64,000 nucleotides of DNA, taken from assembly GCA_040182905.1 (NCBI GenBank), contig JARQWU010000029.1, positions 1-64,000 of the forward strand. Direction: 5' to 3'. The translations under genes were made by a program, and so were the position numbers. Shown piece after piece: positions 50,613 through 60,692 of the stretch. Position 1 is the stretch's first letter, and every line of letters starts with the position of its first letter. The stretch is from Barthelona sp. PAP020 (taxonomy: Eukaryota). Below the pieces are notes generated by a model. It saw only the letters and a list, made by a program, of their open reading frames with translations. It ran no database searches and was not told the origin of the DNA.

Positions 50613-52472
50613 ATGAGCAGACCTTTAACTGCTCCTCCGAAATCATTGAAAAAATCACAACAAACTATATATGTTGCTGTACGGTATTTTTAATTATTTT
50701 TTTAATAATATCTAATATTTAGTGTTCGACCTGCAAATGAACAAGAAATCAATGGGAATTATCGAAATATTGTTTCAATTTTAGATGATAAAGTTTTATG
50801 TTTTGATCCACCACCTCTACCGGAATTTACTCGACCTTTAACTGCTCAACCAACCAAAATTAGAAGGAGAGGGAGTAGTAATTTACCTAAAAATGAATCA
50901 AAACGAGCTAAGGATATAAAATTCATGTTTGATTCAGTTATGGATACAGATACAGACCAAAGAACTGTTTACGAAAATACAGCGAAAAAATTAATTGAAG
51001 CTGTTTTATCTGGACATAATGGTACCATGTTTGCCTATGGAAGTACTGGATCAGGAAAAACGACAACAATGCTTGGAAATGACATTTGTGGGCCAGGTGT
51101 TATGGTTTATGCCATGGAAGATCTGTTTGCTTCAATGAGAGAGCAGAATGACAGATATGAGTTCAATGTTAAATTATCATACTTAGAAATATATAATGAG
51201 ACGATTAAAGATTTGCTTGATCCTAAGAGTAAAAAAGTATGCTCTTTGCGTGAAACTCCTGATGGAGAGATGATAATTTCCAATTTAGTTCAAGTTGAGT
51301 TGGAAGATTGTGCTAACGTGTTTCATTATTTAAAAAAGGGAAATGCGCATCGTAGTCAATCTGCCACTGAAGCAAACAAGACCTCAAGTAGATCACATGC
51401 AGTTTTGCAAGTATTCATTGAGAGGAAAACAATTGGAGCGCCTGATGATGTTGTTTACTCCAAACTGTCGTTGGTTGATCTAGCTGGATCGGAGCGTGCT
51501 GCCCGAACAAAGAATCAAGGTGTTAGACTCATGGAAGGTGCTAATATCAATAGATCTTTGTTAGCTTTGGGAAATTGTATAAATGCTTTAACCATGGGAA
51601 AAAAGAAACAGTTCATTCCCTACAGAAATTCTAAGTTAACGAGATTATTGAAGGACTCATTGGGAGGCAATTGTAAAACGATTATGATCGCAAATATATC
51701 TCCATCTGCTTATTCTTATGATGATATTTATAACACGTTGAAGTACGCATCACGAGCTAAACATATTACAGTTGAAGTATCTCAAAACAGACAAAGAACT
51801 TCAGATCATCTTAGTCAATACACAACAATCATTGCAGAGCAAAAGAAACAAATCAAAGAATTGAACGAAAAATTGGAGCAGTACGAACGTTTACTAAAAT
51901 TGGAACAGAATGACAGAGCTCGAAATGTATCTTCATCACAACAAGAGGATTTGATTATGAACATGTTTGAACTTTTGAAACAACAACAAGATGTATTAAA
52001 AACTAATCATTTACTGACAGATAACATGAGTAGTCGTTATGATTCTTTTGAAAATAGTTGGGAAAATTCAACATTTGATGAATATGAAATAGAAGAAATT
52101 CCTCCAAAGAAAGCTTTGATGAATTCTCCAAACATTCATACTCCTGGACGTCCTGGTACTTCAATGTTCAGTAAAAGGCCAAGAACTCCCAGACTTGTTA
52201 CTAAAACTCCTTGTTCTCCACATTTATTGACTCCTGTTTCAACTCAAAAGTATGTTGTGGAAAATTTATTGGATAAGAATAAACATTGTCAAAAGATTGG
52301 ATTAGATACGTTAAGGAAGAATTTTAAGGAATTAAGTTCCATGTATCTATCTGGGATTGGTTCACCCCAAAAACTTCTTTTAAATGATCAGCCTATAAAA
52401 AAACCTCCAAGAAAAGAGGAATCAAAAGGGTTATTTGTTCGTTTTAATGAAAAAGATGGTGAAATATTTTAG
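50613..52472 (+). CDS. Kinesin-8 (KIF18/KIF19-like), two exons: 50613-50683 and 50723-52472
   Basis: Motifs YGSTGSGKT, SSRSH, DLAGSE, GANINRSLLALGNCINAL and PYRNSKLTRLLKDSLGGNC. Splicing restores the conserved VAVRVRP start of the motor domain, which the ORF track misses. Confidence 0.9.
50684..50722 (+). other. Spliceosomal intron (39 nt, GT-AG)
   Basis: GTATTT...TCTAATATTTAG. It contains an in-frame TAA, and its removal joins CG|T to give VAVR-VRP. Confidence 0.9.
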
Positions 52473-52806
52473 TCAAAGATTCATGTGACTTGTTTTGTAA
52501 ATTACTCTTAAACAAGACTTTTTTAATACCTCATTGTTATTTTTTGTATGTTTAACAACTTTGTAATATTAAATTTTGCTCTTTTCAGAATTTTGTTGTA
52601 TATATAAACAGTTTTTTTAGGTTTTTTTCTTTTTAACTGAATATTGAATTATTTTTTTATTTAAATACACAGAGTTTGAATCAAAACCTTTGAAAATTGA
52701 ATGTTTCATCACAATTTTTGTTTTCTTTTCACAACCAACCGTGTATTGTTGTTTTATTTAAGCAAATATGTGCATATTAAATAAAAATAAAAACAAACAA
52801 TCAAAT

Positions 52807-53406
52807 TTACAAGTCTTTTTTAATAATCACTTTGTCAAAGTCCTCAATTTTTTTCAAAATAGTGTTTGTTTCCTTTTCCAAAAAAGAAACCTGTTCATTA
52901 CTTTTGGAAATAAATGAATCAAGCTTTTCATTATCAATTAACCCTTCCACATCAATCTCTTCTTTGTTACCCTTTTCTACAATCAAATCTTCTTCTTTCA
53001 TCTCCATATCAACATCATTATTTGGTTCTCTTTTTAAAGAATTAGAAAAGCTTTTTGAAATTTCTTTTGCTATATTCAAATGATCTCTTAATTTTTTTTG
53101 TTGAAGCTCTAAATTTTGAATTGAAGTATTATATGAAGGCATTTTAAACTCATATTTTTCAATATTTCCAAATTTTTCCAAACAATCATTCATAAAACGT
53201 GTCCATTTTTTTTTAAAGTTGCGACTTTGTTCTTTTGATAAAATTTTATTATCCTTAGCCTCTTTAGCTCTAATATTATACCCATCTTTCATTATCTTTG
53301 CTATATTTTCAATAAGTTCTATGTAATCTTCTTCGGAAAGTGGAATAATCATTTCAACATCACTAACATCACTAATATCACTAATATCACTAATATAGCT
53401 GCTCAT
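52807..53406 (-). CDS. Hypothetical acidic/coiled-coil protein
   Basis: 199-aa ORF, charged and helical, with an N-terminal (SDI/V) repeat. Confidence 0.65.
   Translation of the reverse strand: MSSYISDISDISDVSDVEMIIPLSEEDYIELIENIAKIMKDGYNIRAKEAKDNKILSKEQSRNFKKKWTRFMNDCLEKFGNIEKYEFKMPSYNTSIQNLELQQKKLRDHLNIAKEISKSFSNSLKREPNNDVDMEMKEEDLIVEKGNKEEIDVEGLIDNEKLDSFISKSNEQVSFLEKETNTILKKIEDFDKVIIKKDL
53361..53396. repeat. 9-bp tandem repeat CACTAA(C/T)AT x4, encoding the SDI/SDV tripeptide repeat on the minus strand
   Basis: Read directly from the sequence. Confidence 0.85.
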
Positions 53407-53710
53407 TTTCTATTTAAACCATAAAACGCAAAAAAAACAATTCTTCAAAACGCCTTCTCCAAACCACGTTCGTTCTTCAATTTCTCTTTGTCGCAATATT
53501 TCTCTTTCAAATGATATTGTGATTGATTATAAACTATTTCTTTACTGATTTATAAAAAAGAACACTATATAACGAAAAAAACAATTTAATTTAATTTATT
53601 TAATAATAGACTAAAATATAAGGTAAAATATTGTCTTAATTTAAAAAATATATTTTGATTGAACATCTTTAAAAAATCTCAACAAATTTTAAAACAACTT
53701 TTCAAACAGA

Positions 53711-55873
53711 CTAAGTTTCAGCGTAATCGACAATTAATCGTCTATTCAGCAATCGAGTTGATTGTAAAGCTATTCTAGCTTGTTCAGCTTCATCTTTGGT
53801 TAAAAATTCTGCAAAAGCAATACCACGAGAAGTGCCATCGAATTTCTTCGGAATTCGAAGAGTTTTTAATTCACCATACGAGCTCAAAATCATTTGTAAA
53901 TCTTTCTTTGTGGCTTCAAATGGTACATTCTTAATGATTAATTTTTTCGTGGCAGCAACATTATCAGTTAGAGATGATGAAGAAGTAGATTCAGGATTTG
54001 CTTGACCAGAAGGACTAGACATGGTTAATTGAATGGCTCTTCCTTCAATTTCAACACCATCAAAGATACGCAAAGCCGATTGAGCATCCTCTGCAGTTGC
54101 AAATTCAACAAAAGCAAAACCTCTTGTTTGTCCATTTGGTTTTCTTGGAACAGTAACATACTTGACTTTGAATTTTTGTTCGAATACTTCTCTAATATAT
54201 TGGTCTGTTGCATCCTTGGAAATACCTTTAATATGAATGGTTTTAGACTTATTCAACAATGAAGTAGAATCAACCTTTTTATTTTCAACAATGTTGATAT
54301 TTTTAGATCTAATATCATCATTCTTAGGCAAGCTGAAAACGTTTTCGGGTGCGTATTGAATGAATAATGGTTGATCGTAATAGTCAACATATGCTAAACG
54401 TCTAAAACAACTTTTAGCGGCATTTTCATGAGAAAATTGAACGATAGCGATTGAATTATGTGGAGATAAAATTAGTTTTAAGATATCACCAAAAGGAGAA
54501 AATTTTTCTCGTAAATTTCCTTCAGTTACCAAATGGGATAAATTTTTGATAATTAAAGTTGTTTTAGACAAAGGTATTCTATTCAAAGTGTTTCTATTTT
54601 TAGCTTTTTCTTCATAATATTCTTCAAAACTCTTTAAATTAACACCATTTTTCCGTAAATATTCTTTAACACTTCTAATTTCTTCAGTTTCTATTAATGC
54701 TGCCCTAACAGCAATGCTATCATCATTCACATCAAGAATATCAGATTTTTCAACAGATAATTCTTTTGCTGCAGCACTAATAGCTGTATCAAGACGAATG
54801 AAAAAAGCATTCCAATTGTATGAATTTTCAGCAGATTTTTGTAATTGCTGTAATTTCATAGTCTTATATCCCATAGATTCAACTTTTTTATTAACTTTTG
54901 CATTAGTGACAGTTTTTTCATTATCGTATGCAGGTAAAATATGGAGATTTCTTCCTAAAAATGTTATTCCGTCATTTTGTTTGAAAAAATTTAAAGCATC
55001 TAATGGATTGACAAATTTAACGTAACATGTACCAACTGGTTTGTTTGTTAATTTATCTAAAGGTAAATGAATCTCTTCAATTTCTCCGTAAGGACTGACT
55101 AATTTGCTAATATCATCATTTTTAACAAAAAAGGTTAGATTTCTCATAAAAACCCGACCAGTTTTTCGAACTAACGCGTCACCTTCTTTTGCGGAAATTT
55201 CTTTAAAATTCGCTTCAGACCTAGGTGCTCTTTGTCCTCTTTTTAATTTTGTTTTTTGTTTTGATTTGACTTCATCCTTTTCTTTTGTTTGCTTTTTTTC
55301 TTCTTCTTTTTCTTCTTCTAATTCAGGTTCCCTTTTTTTCACTTCATCTAAATTCATTGAAGATTCAACAAGTCCATCTTCCCAACGCCTATCATTCTCA
55401 GATACTGCTGAAATAAATTCATTCACAGATATGGCTGAGCTTTGCTTCGTTTCATCAATCAAAACACCTTTAGATCTTAAAATATCTTCCCATTGCTCCT
55501 TTTTCTTTTTGTCTCTTTCTTCTTTTCTTTGTTCCTTTAATTTATCCTGTAATTCTTTGTTTTGATTTAAAAAAGCAGTAGATCCAGGAGTATATCGAGA
55601 CCAACCACGGGGCAAATTAGGATCATCTCTTTGATATGCATATTCAACAGCCAATTCTGTTCTGTCATAATATGCACGATGAAAATTATCAATAAATTGT
55701 TTTGCATCTTCTTCAGAATAAAAACCAACAAAACAAAATCTTCTTGAAGCTCCATTTGCAGAACGAACCAATCTTAAATCAGTAATATTATTAACATCCT
55801 TCAAAAACTTTCGTATTGATTCTTCTGTTGCATATTTTGGTAAATTTTTAATGATAACACGACTTGAAGACAT
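53711..55873 (-). CDS. RBM19: Multiple-RRM pre-rRNA processing protein RBM19/Mrd1
   Basis: N-terminal SRVIIKNLP RRM, five RRMs in total, linker motif SYNWNAFFI and C-terminal KLIIKNVPFEATKKDL...RIPKKFDGTSRG. Confidence 0.92.
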   Translation of the reverse strand: MSSSRVIIKNLPKYATEESIRKFLKDVNNITDLRLVRSANGASRRFCFVGFYSEEDAKQFIDNFHRAYYDRTELAVEYAYQRDDPNLPRGWSRYTPGSTAFLNQNKELQDKLKEQRKEERDKKKKEQWEDILRSKGVLIDETKQSSAISVNEFISAVSENDRRWEDGLVESSMNLDEVKKREPELEEEKEEEKKQTKEKDEVKSKQKTKLKRGQRAPRSEANFKEISAKEGDALVRKTGRVFMRNLTFFVKNDDISKLVSPYGEIEEIHLPLDKLTNKPVGTCYVKFVNPLDALNFFKQNDGITFLGRNLHILPAYDNEKTVTNAKVNKKVESMGYKTMKLQQLQKSAENSYNWNAFFIRLDTAISAAAKELSVEKSDILDVNDDSIAVRAALIETEEIRSVKEYLRKNGVNLKSFEEYYEEKAKNRNTLNRIPLSKTTLIIKNLSHLVTEGNLREKFSPFGDILKLILSPHNSIAIVQFSHENAAKSCFRRLAYVDYYDQPLFIQYAPENVFSLPKNDDIRSKNINIVENKKVDSTSLLNKSKTIHIKGISKDATDQYIREVFEQKFKVKYVTVPRKPNGQTRGFAFVEFATAEDAQSALRIFDGVEIEGRAIQLTMSSPSGQANPESTSSSSLTDNVAATKKLIIKNVPFEATKKDLQMILSSYGELKTLRIPKKFDGTSRGIAFAEFLTKDEAEQARIALQSTRLLNRRLIVDYAET

Positions 55874-56074
55874 CTATGATTTGTTGAAAAATAATAATTG
55901 AAATAAATTTTTTTTGAAGAATTTTTTTCTCACTTTCAATTATTTGATTCATCATACGAATATTTAATAATAAACTCATTTATTTAAAAGAAAAATAATC
56001 AAATGATAAATGTTCAACAATGCAGAATGAACTTTTTTGAATAAGTATACTGTCTTTATCGATAATAATAATAT

Positions 56075-57265
56075 ATGATGAGCAAAAACAAATTAATTAG
56101 TAATTTTTCACGAATACCTGAATTTAGTTCTTACATTCAATGTAAAATGACAAAAGAACCCGTTGAATGGATAATTAGATTTGATGAAAGAACATGTATT
56201 ATCAAAACATGTGATAGTTTACATTTAAAAACAAAATTCATTGAAGAAATACCATTATTTATGCAAATTGCTTATTATATTGAAAAAAATTCGGAACAAA
56301 CCAATTTAAAGGCAATTGAATTAATAAAACAAGACATTGAAGGAAAAAGTTACAAAGATCCAAATGCGAGATTGTATAATCCTTTGAATAATAATCATAA
56401 TTTCCCGTTTAAAGGTTTTACATTATTTTTGTTGAGTGTATATGTTAATAATGAGCCATTAACTTCATATATTTTGAAAAAGAATCTTAGTTGTTGCATG
56501 CAAATGACTCAATATCATCAAGCTATTGAACAAGGTGAAAGTATTCAGGCTACACAACTAACTGGCTTACAATTAGCTTGTAAAAATGGTTTTTTTTCCA
56601 TAGTAAAGATTATTTTATGCACTATTTCACAACCAAAATTGATTAGTCATCTTATTAACTATCAAGCGAAACCAACTGGTGACACAGCTTTGATGATTAC
56701 TATTGAGACTATTAGACAACCTTTAATTGAGCCAATAAATGAAACTCGAAAAAAAGGATACAAAATTTTGGAATATTTGGTTGACAATAACGTTGACCTT
56801 TTTCAAAGTACATTCACAGAGCAATGGAATGTTTTGCATCGTCTATTTTACAACATTGAAGGCGTTAATAGAAAAGTCTTATTGATAGAAATTGCCAAGG
56901 CATTTTTTCAATATATTCTCACACATTATAAGAATGAAGGTTATTCAATCATCAAACGTTTAATATTGCAAGTAGATAAAGATGGCGAAACACCATTTCA
57001 CTACATTTGTAACGATCAATCGGATCCTCACCTAATCCAATTGTTATACCTATACAGTGGCAAAGAAGGTCTGATGAAAATCAGAAGTGCAGATTCTGAG
57101 TATTTAGAAATGTGCAAAAAAACGCCAATACAGTTGCTATTTCAATGTAATCAGGGATTTTTTATTGAAACAAAGATATTGTTATTGTCTGAAAAACCGT
57201 TTTTAGGTGAATCATTGAAGGAGCAAGATTTCAATCCTGGAATTGATGATATTTTTGACGTTTGA
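56075..57265 (+). CDS. Ankyrin-repeat protein
   Basis: TGLQLACKNGFFSIVKIIL, GDTALMITI, DKDGETPFHYIC. Confidence 0.8.
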   Translation: MMSKNKLISNFSRIPEFSSYIQCKMTKEPVEWIIRFDERTCIIKTCDSLHLKTKFIEEIPLFMQIAYYIEKNSEQTNLKAIELIKQDIEGKSYKDPNARLYNPLNNNHNFPFKGFTLFLLSVYVNNEPLTSYILKKNLSCCMQMTQYHQAIEQGESIQATQLTGLQLACKNGFFSIVKIILCTISQPKLISHLINYQAKPTGDTALMITIETIRQPLIEPINETRKKGYKILEYLVDNNVDLFQSTFTEQWNVLHRLFYNIEGVNRKVLLIEIAKAFFQYILTHYKNEGYSIIKRLILQVDKDGETPFHYICNDQSDPHLIQLLYLYSGKEGLMKIRSADSEYLEMCKKTPIQLLFQCNQGFFIETKILLLSEKPFLGESLKEQDFNPGIDDIFDV

Positions 57266-57718
57266 TTCTCAAAGTATTTTAATAATTGCAATAGTAATTG
57301 CATATATTAACATGTATATATATGATGATGTTAACTTCGAACAAAATTGTTGTTAGACAAATCTGTTTTTTGATCTGTAATTTTTATTCCTTTAATCAAA
57401 GCAAAAATCAAGATCAAGAATTTAAAACCAATAAATTATTTGTTCCCAAATTGTTTTCAGTAATTTAGCATGAGATTACCAAAAAACAATTTATTTGTAA
57501 ACTTTTAGTTTGAAATTTATTTGTTTTTTTTTTTTAAGAATAAATTTTCAGGTTTTGCCAATTGAAAAATTAAAATACTAAAACAAAAATATTGTTTTAA
57601 CATCAAATTTGTTCATTACAATTTGAAGGTGTGTTATGTGAATAAAATATAAACAATTAAATAATTCTATTCATTAGAAAAAAAAAAAAAATAGTGTGTT
57701 TTATTTTTCATGTGACGA

Positions 57719-58396
57719 ATGCAGAATGTGAATTCAAACTCAATTAGTTGGACAATTGACTTTTCAAATGGAAGTGGTAGCAACAAAAAAAGGAAAATAA
57801 AGCCAAGATCGAAAGTTAGAAAAGAAATGGACTTCAATGAAAATGATATGAAAGAAGTCAAAGATTGGCTTGATTCTATTATTATTTGTGTTGCAAATCA
57901 AGTTGTAATACAAGATAATATTGATGTTCTTGAAGATATAGAATCATTTCGGTCTAAAACAAACCTTTCTCAATTATTAAACAACAATGATATTTTTTCT
58001 TCAAAATCTACATTCAACAATTCTTCCATTGATTTCACGAATTTTATTCCTAATCCACTGTTAAACAATGATACTATCAATTACCCTTTTTCTCCTCCTT
58101 TACAATTTGAATTTTTTGATAAAATGAATATGTTAACGAAAAAAATGGAAGAATCAGCAAAAATGTGCAAACAGAAATTTTCTCAATATCCAATATATAT
58201 GCCTGCAAATGGTGAATTTCATCTTCAACATTTTTTTGAAGAATTTTCGTCCGTTGACAATTCTTTACCTCCTTTAATTCGCCCCACATCTGGATTTTCT
58301 TGTTGCTCTAATTCTTCAATAACATCAATAAGTTCCAAATCATCTTCAAAAACTTCACAATCTTCAAAAAAGAGAAAGAAAAAATCAAAATCATAA
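57719..58396 (+). CDS. Hypothetical protein with basic NLS-like stretches
   Basis: 225-aa ORF containing KKRKIK and a terminal KKRKKKSKS. Confidence 0.6.
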   Translation: MQNVNSNSISWTIDFSNGSGSNKKRKIKPRSKVRKEMDFNENDMKEVKDWLDSIIICVANQVVIQDNIDVLEDIESFRSKTNLSQLLNNNDIFSSKSTFNNSSIDFTNFIPNPLLNNDTINYPFSPPLQFEFFDKMNMLTKKMEESAKMCKQKFSQYPIYMPANGEFHLQHFFEEFSSVDNSLPPLIRPTSGFSCCSNSSITSISSKSSSKTSQSSKKRKKKSKS

Positions 58397-58720
58397 ATTG
58401 TTTGAATGCTTATTGTTTTGTTATCCTTTCAGCCTTATTTTGTAATTTTTGTTTTATTATTCAAATTTTGCTGTTCAAAAAGAGTTTATATGAATTCTTC
58501 AAATAATGAAGAATGTTTAGTGGATTATTTTTGTTACAACAAATCAAATAACAAAAGTGACAAGACATTTTTCAATCATCTTTTTTGTCAGTCACCTGTT
58601 TCATAATTACGTTCTATTTATAATTGATAAAATTAATACGCAAATTTATTATTTTTTTAAGTGATAGAACGCCAGACCTAAAATAATTTTTACCTTTTTA
58701 TTTGAATTTATTGCTTAATT

Positions 58721-59851
58721 ATGCCATTAAAACATCCACGTGCAAATAGAAAAGTTGGTACACCTACATCACCGCAAAAAAGTTCAGCTTTTAACCCTCG
58801 TGGTCCAAATTCCAGAACTGTAACCCCTAGTTCATCTGCACAAATGTTAAATCGTTCACGATCTTTAAATCACACAATAGGAGTAACTGACAGAAATAAT
58901 GACAGAGCTTATGAAACTGATGATTTGGTTTTTGTGCGTACTATTGGAACTGGAACTTTTGGACGTGTACAATTGTGTTATCATCCTGATACCAAGGAAT
59001 ATTTTGCTCTTAAAATATTAAAGAAATCTAAAATTGCAAAGTTGCAACAAATTCAGCATGTAAAAGCTGAAAAGTCAATTTTGACAAGGGTTAATCACCC
59101 ATTTATAGTTAATTTAGTTCATAGTTATCAAAATGAACAAAATCTGTATATGTTATTAGAATTTGTGAATGGTGGTGAATTATTTGCCCATTTACGGAGA
59201 GCTGAACGATTTCCTGTCGAAACAGCACAATTTTATGCTGCTGAAATAGTTTTAGCCCTCGAATATTTGCATAGCATGAAAATAGTCTATCGTGATTTGA
59301 AACCTGAAAATCTATTGTTGGACAAGCAAGGACATATGAAAATTTGTGATTTTGGTTTTGCTAAAGTTGTTGAGGAACATACGTACACTCTTTGTGGTAC
59401 AGTAGAATATTTGGCTCCTGAAATTATTTTGAACAAAGGTCACAATGCAGCAGTTGATTGGTGGGCTTTAGGTATTTTGATTTTCGAAATGTTGGCTGGA
59501 TATCCCCCATTCTATGATGAGAATCCTTTTGTTGTCAGTGAGAAAATTTTATCTGGCAAAGTTTATTGGCCAAGGCATATGGATCCCACATCTCGAGATT
59601 TAATTAAAAGATTGTTAACAAGAGATCGTTCCAAAAGATTTGGTAATTTGAGAGGAGGAGCTGAAGACATCAAAAGACATCGTTTCTTCCGTGATATTGA
59701 CTGGAATGCTTTGTATCATCGAAGGGTAGATCCACCAATTAAACCTAATGTTAATGCTGATGGAGATGATAGTCAATATGATCAATATCCTGATTCTGAT
59801 GAAGAAGATGAATTTACTGATTATGATAAGACCGTGTTTGATGATTTCTAA
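58721..59851 (+). CDS. cAMP-dependent protein kinase catalytic subunit (PKA-C/PRKX-like)
   Basis: GTGTFGRV, YRDLKPEN, DFG, TLCGTVEYLAPE, VDWWALG, and an AGC tail ending in the FDDF hydrophobic motif. Confidence 0.93.
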   Translation: MPLKHPRANRKVGTPTSPQKSSAFNPRGPNSRTVTPSSSAQMLNRSRSLNHTIGVTDRNNDRAYETDDLVFVRTIGTGTFGRVQLCYHPDTKEYFALKILKKSKIAKLQQIQHVKAEKSILTRVNHPFIVNLVHSYQNEQNLYMLLEFVNGGELFAHLRRAERFPVETAQFYAAEIVLALEYLHSMKIVYRDLKPENLLLDKQGHMKICDFGFAKVVEEHTYTLCGTVEYLAPEIILNKGHNAAVDWWALGILIFEMLAGYPPFYDENPFVVSEKILSGKVYWPRHMDPTSRDLIKRLLTRDRSKRFGNLRGGAEDIKRHRFFRDIDWNALYHRRVDPPIKPNVNADGDDSQYDQYPDSDEEDEFTDYDKTVFDDF

Positions 59852-60010
59852 ATTGTGTTTGTTATTTTTTTGTATGTCAGTGATAGTTTTCAAAATTTTA
59901 GTTTTATTGTTGTGTGTTAGTTTTCTATTCATTGGAGTTTGAGATAAAACAATTTTTTTGTTTCTTTTTTTTTAATTGTGATTAAACCATTTTTTCTTTA
60001 TTAATTGAAT

Positions 60011-60547
60011 ATGGAAGACAAAGTTGACGAAAAAACTGTTAATATACAACAAACAAAGACCGTTCTTTTAACTTTAAATGAAGAATTTTCTTCTCAAATA
60101 AGAAAATCAAAAAATATCAAACAAATCCATACTTTCTCAAATTTAAAAATATTATTTGGATTATTGGCTATTTTTACTGCAGCTCTTTGTTACAAATACA
60201 TTTTTTCATGGCCAGCCGAAAAAAATCAACAACGTGTGTTATGTTGTGTAATTTTTTTTATCTTTACACTTTCATCCGAATTTATAATCAGATTTATTGA
60301 AAAAGACTCTTTTCTGTTTGTGAGTTTGAAGAATAACCAAAAATATTTTATTAAAGGCATTATGAAAAAATATTCAGATGAATACACCCTTAAGTTTTGG
60401 CATAAAAACAAAAAAATAATGTATAATTTTAAGGTTACTGATTTTTTTGATAAGATTCCCGAGAGAAGACAAAGATACAAAATAAATAAAGAAAAGATTT
60501 CTAAACAAATAAAAACAATTTTGATTGAACTTGGAAAAGATGAGTAA
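60011..60547 (+). CDS. SPCS2: Signal peptidase complex subunit 2 (SPCS2/SPC25)
   Basis: Two adjacent TM helices, then IEKDSFL, MKKYSDEYTL and VTDFFD, matching the SPC25 family pattern. ATG at 60011. Confidence 0.7.
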   Translation: MEDKVDEKTVNIQQTKTVLLTLNEEFSSQIRKSKNIKQIHTFSNLKILFGLLAIFTAALCYKYIFSWPAEKNQQRVLCCVIFFIFTLSSEFIIRFIEKDSFLFVSLKNNQKYFIKGIMKKYSDEYTLKFWHKNKKIMYNFKVTDFFDKIPERRQRYKINKEKISKQIKTILIELGKDE

Positions 60548-60692
60548 AATAAACATTACAAAGATTGAAAAGTTTTTTTTTATTTCCTTTTTAGGAAATA
60601 TTACTTTTATATAATTGGTTTGAATTGAAACACTGTGGTTATTTTAGAAAACTTCGTAAAATCTATAAAAAAAATTTTTTTCTATCCTATTC

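Noticed and set aside
53410..53520. Possible upstream exon (ISFEREILRQREIEERTWFGEG) with a 42-nt GT-AG intron in frame with the 199-aa gene
   Set aside because: No ATG precedes it before an in-frame TAA, the donor (GTTTTG) is weak and there is no CTAA branch motif. It cannot be supported without RNA data.
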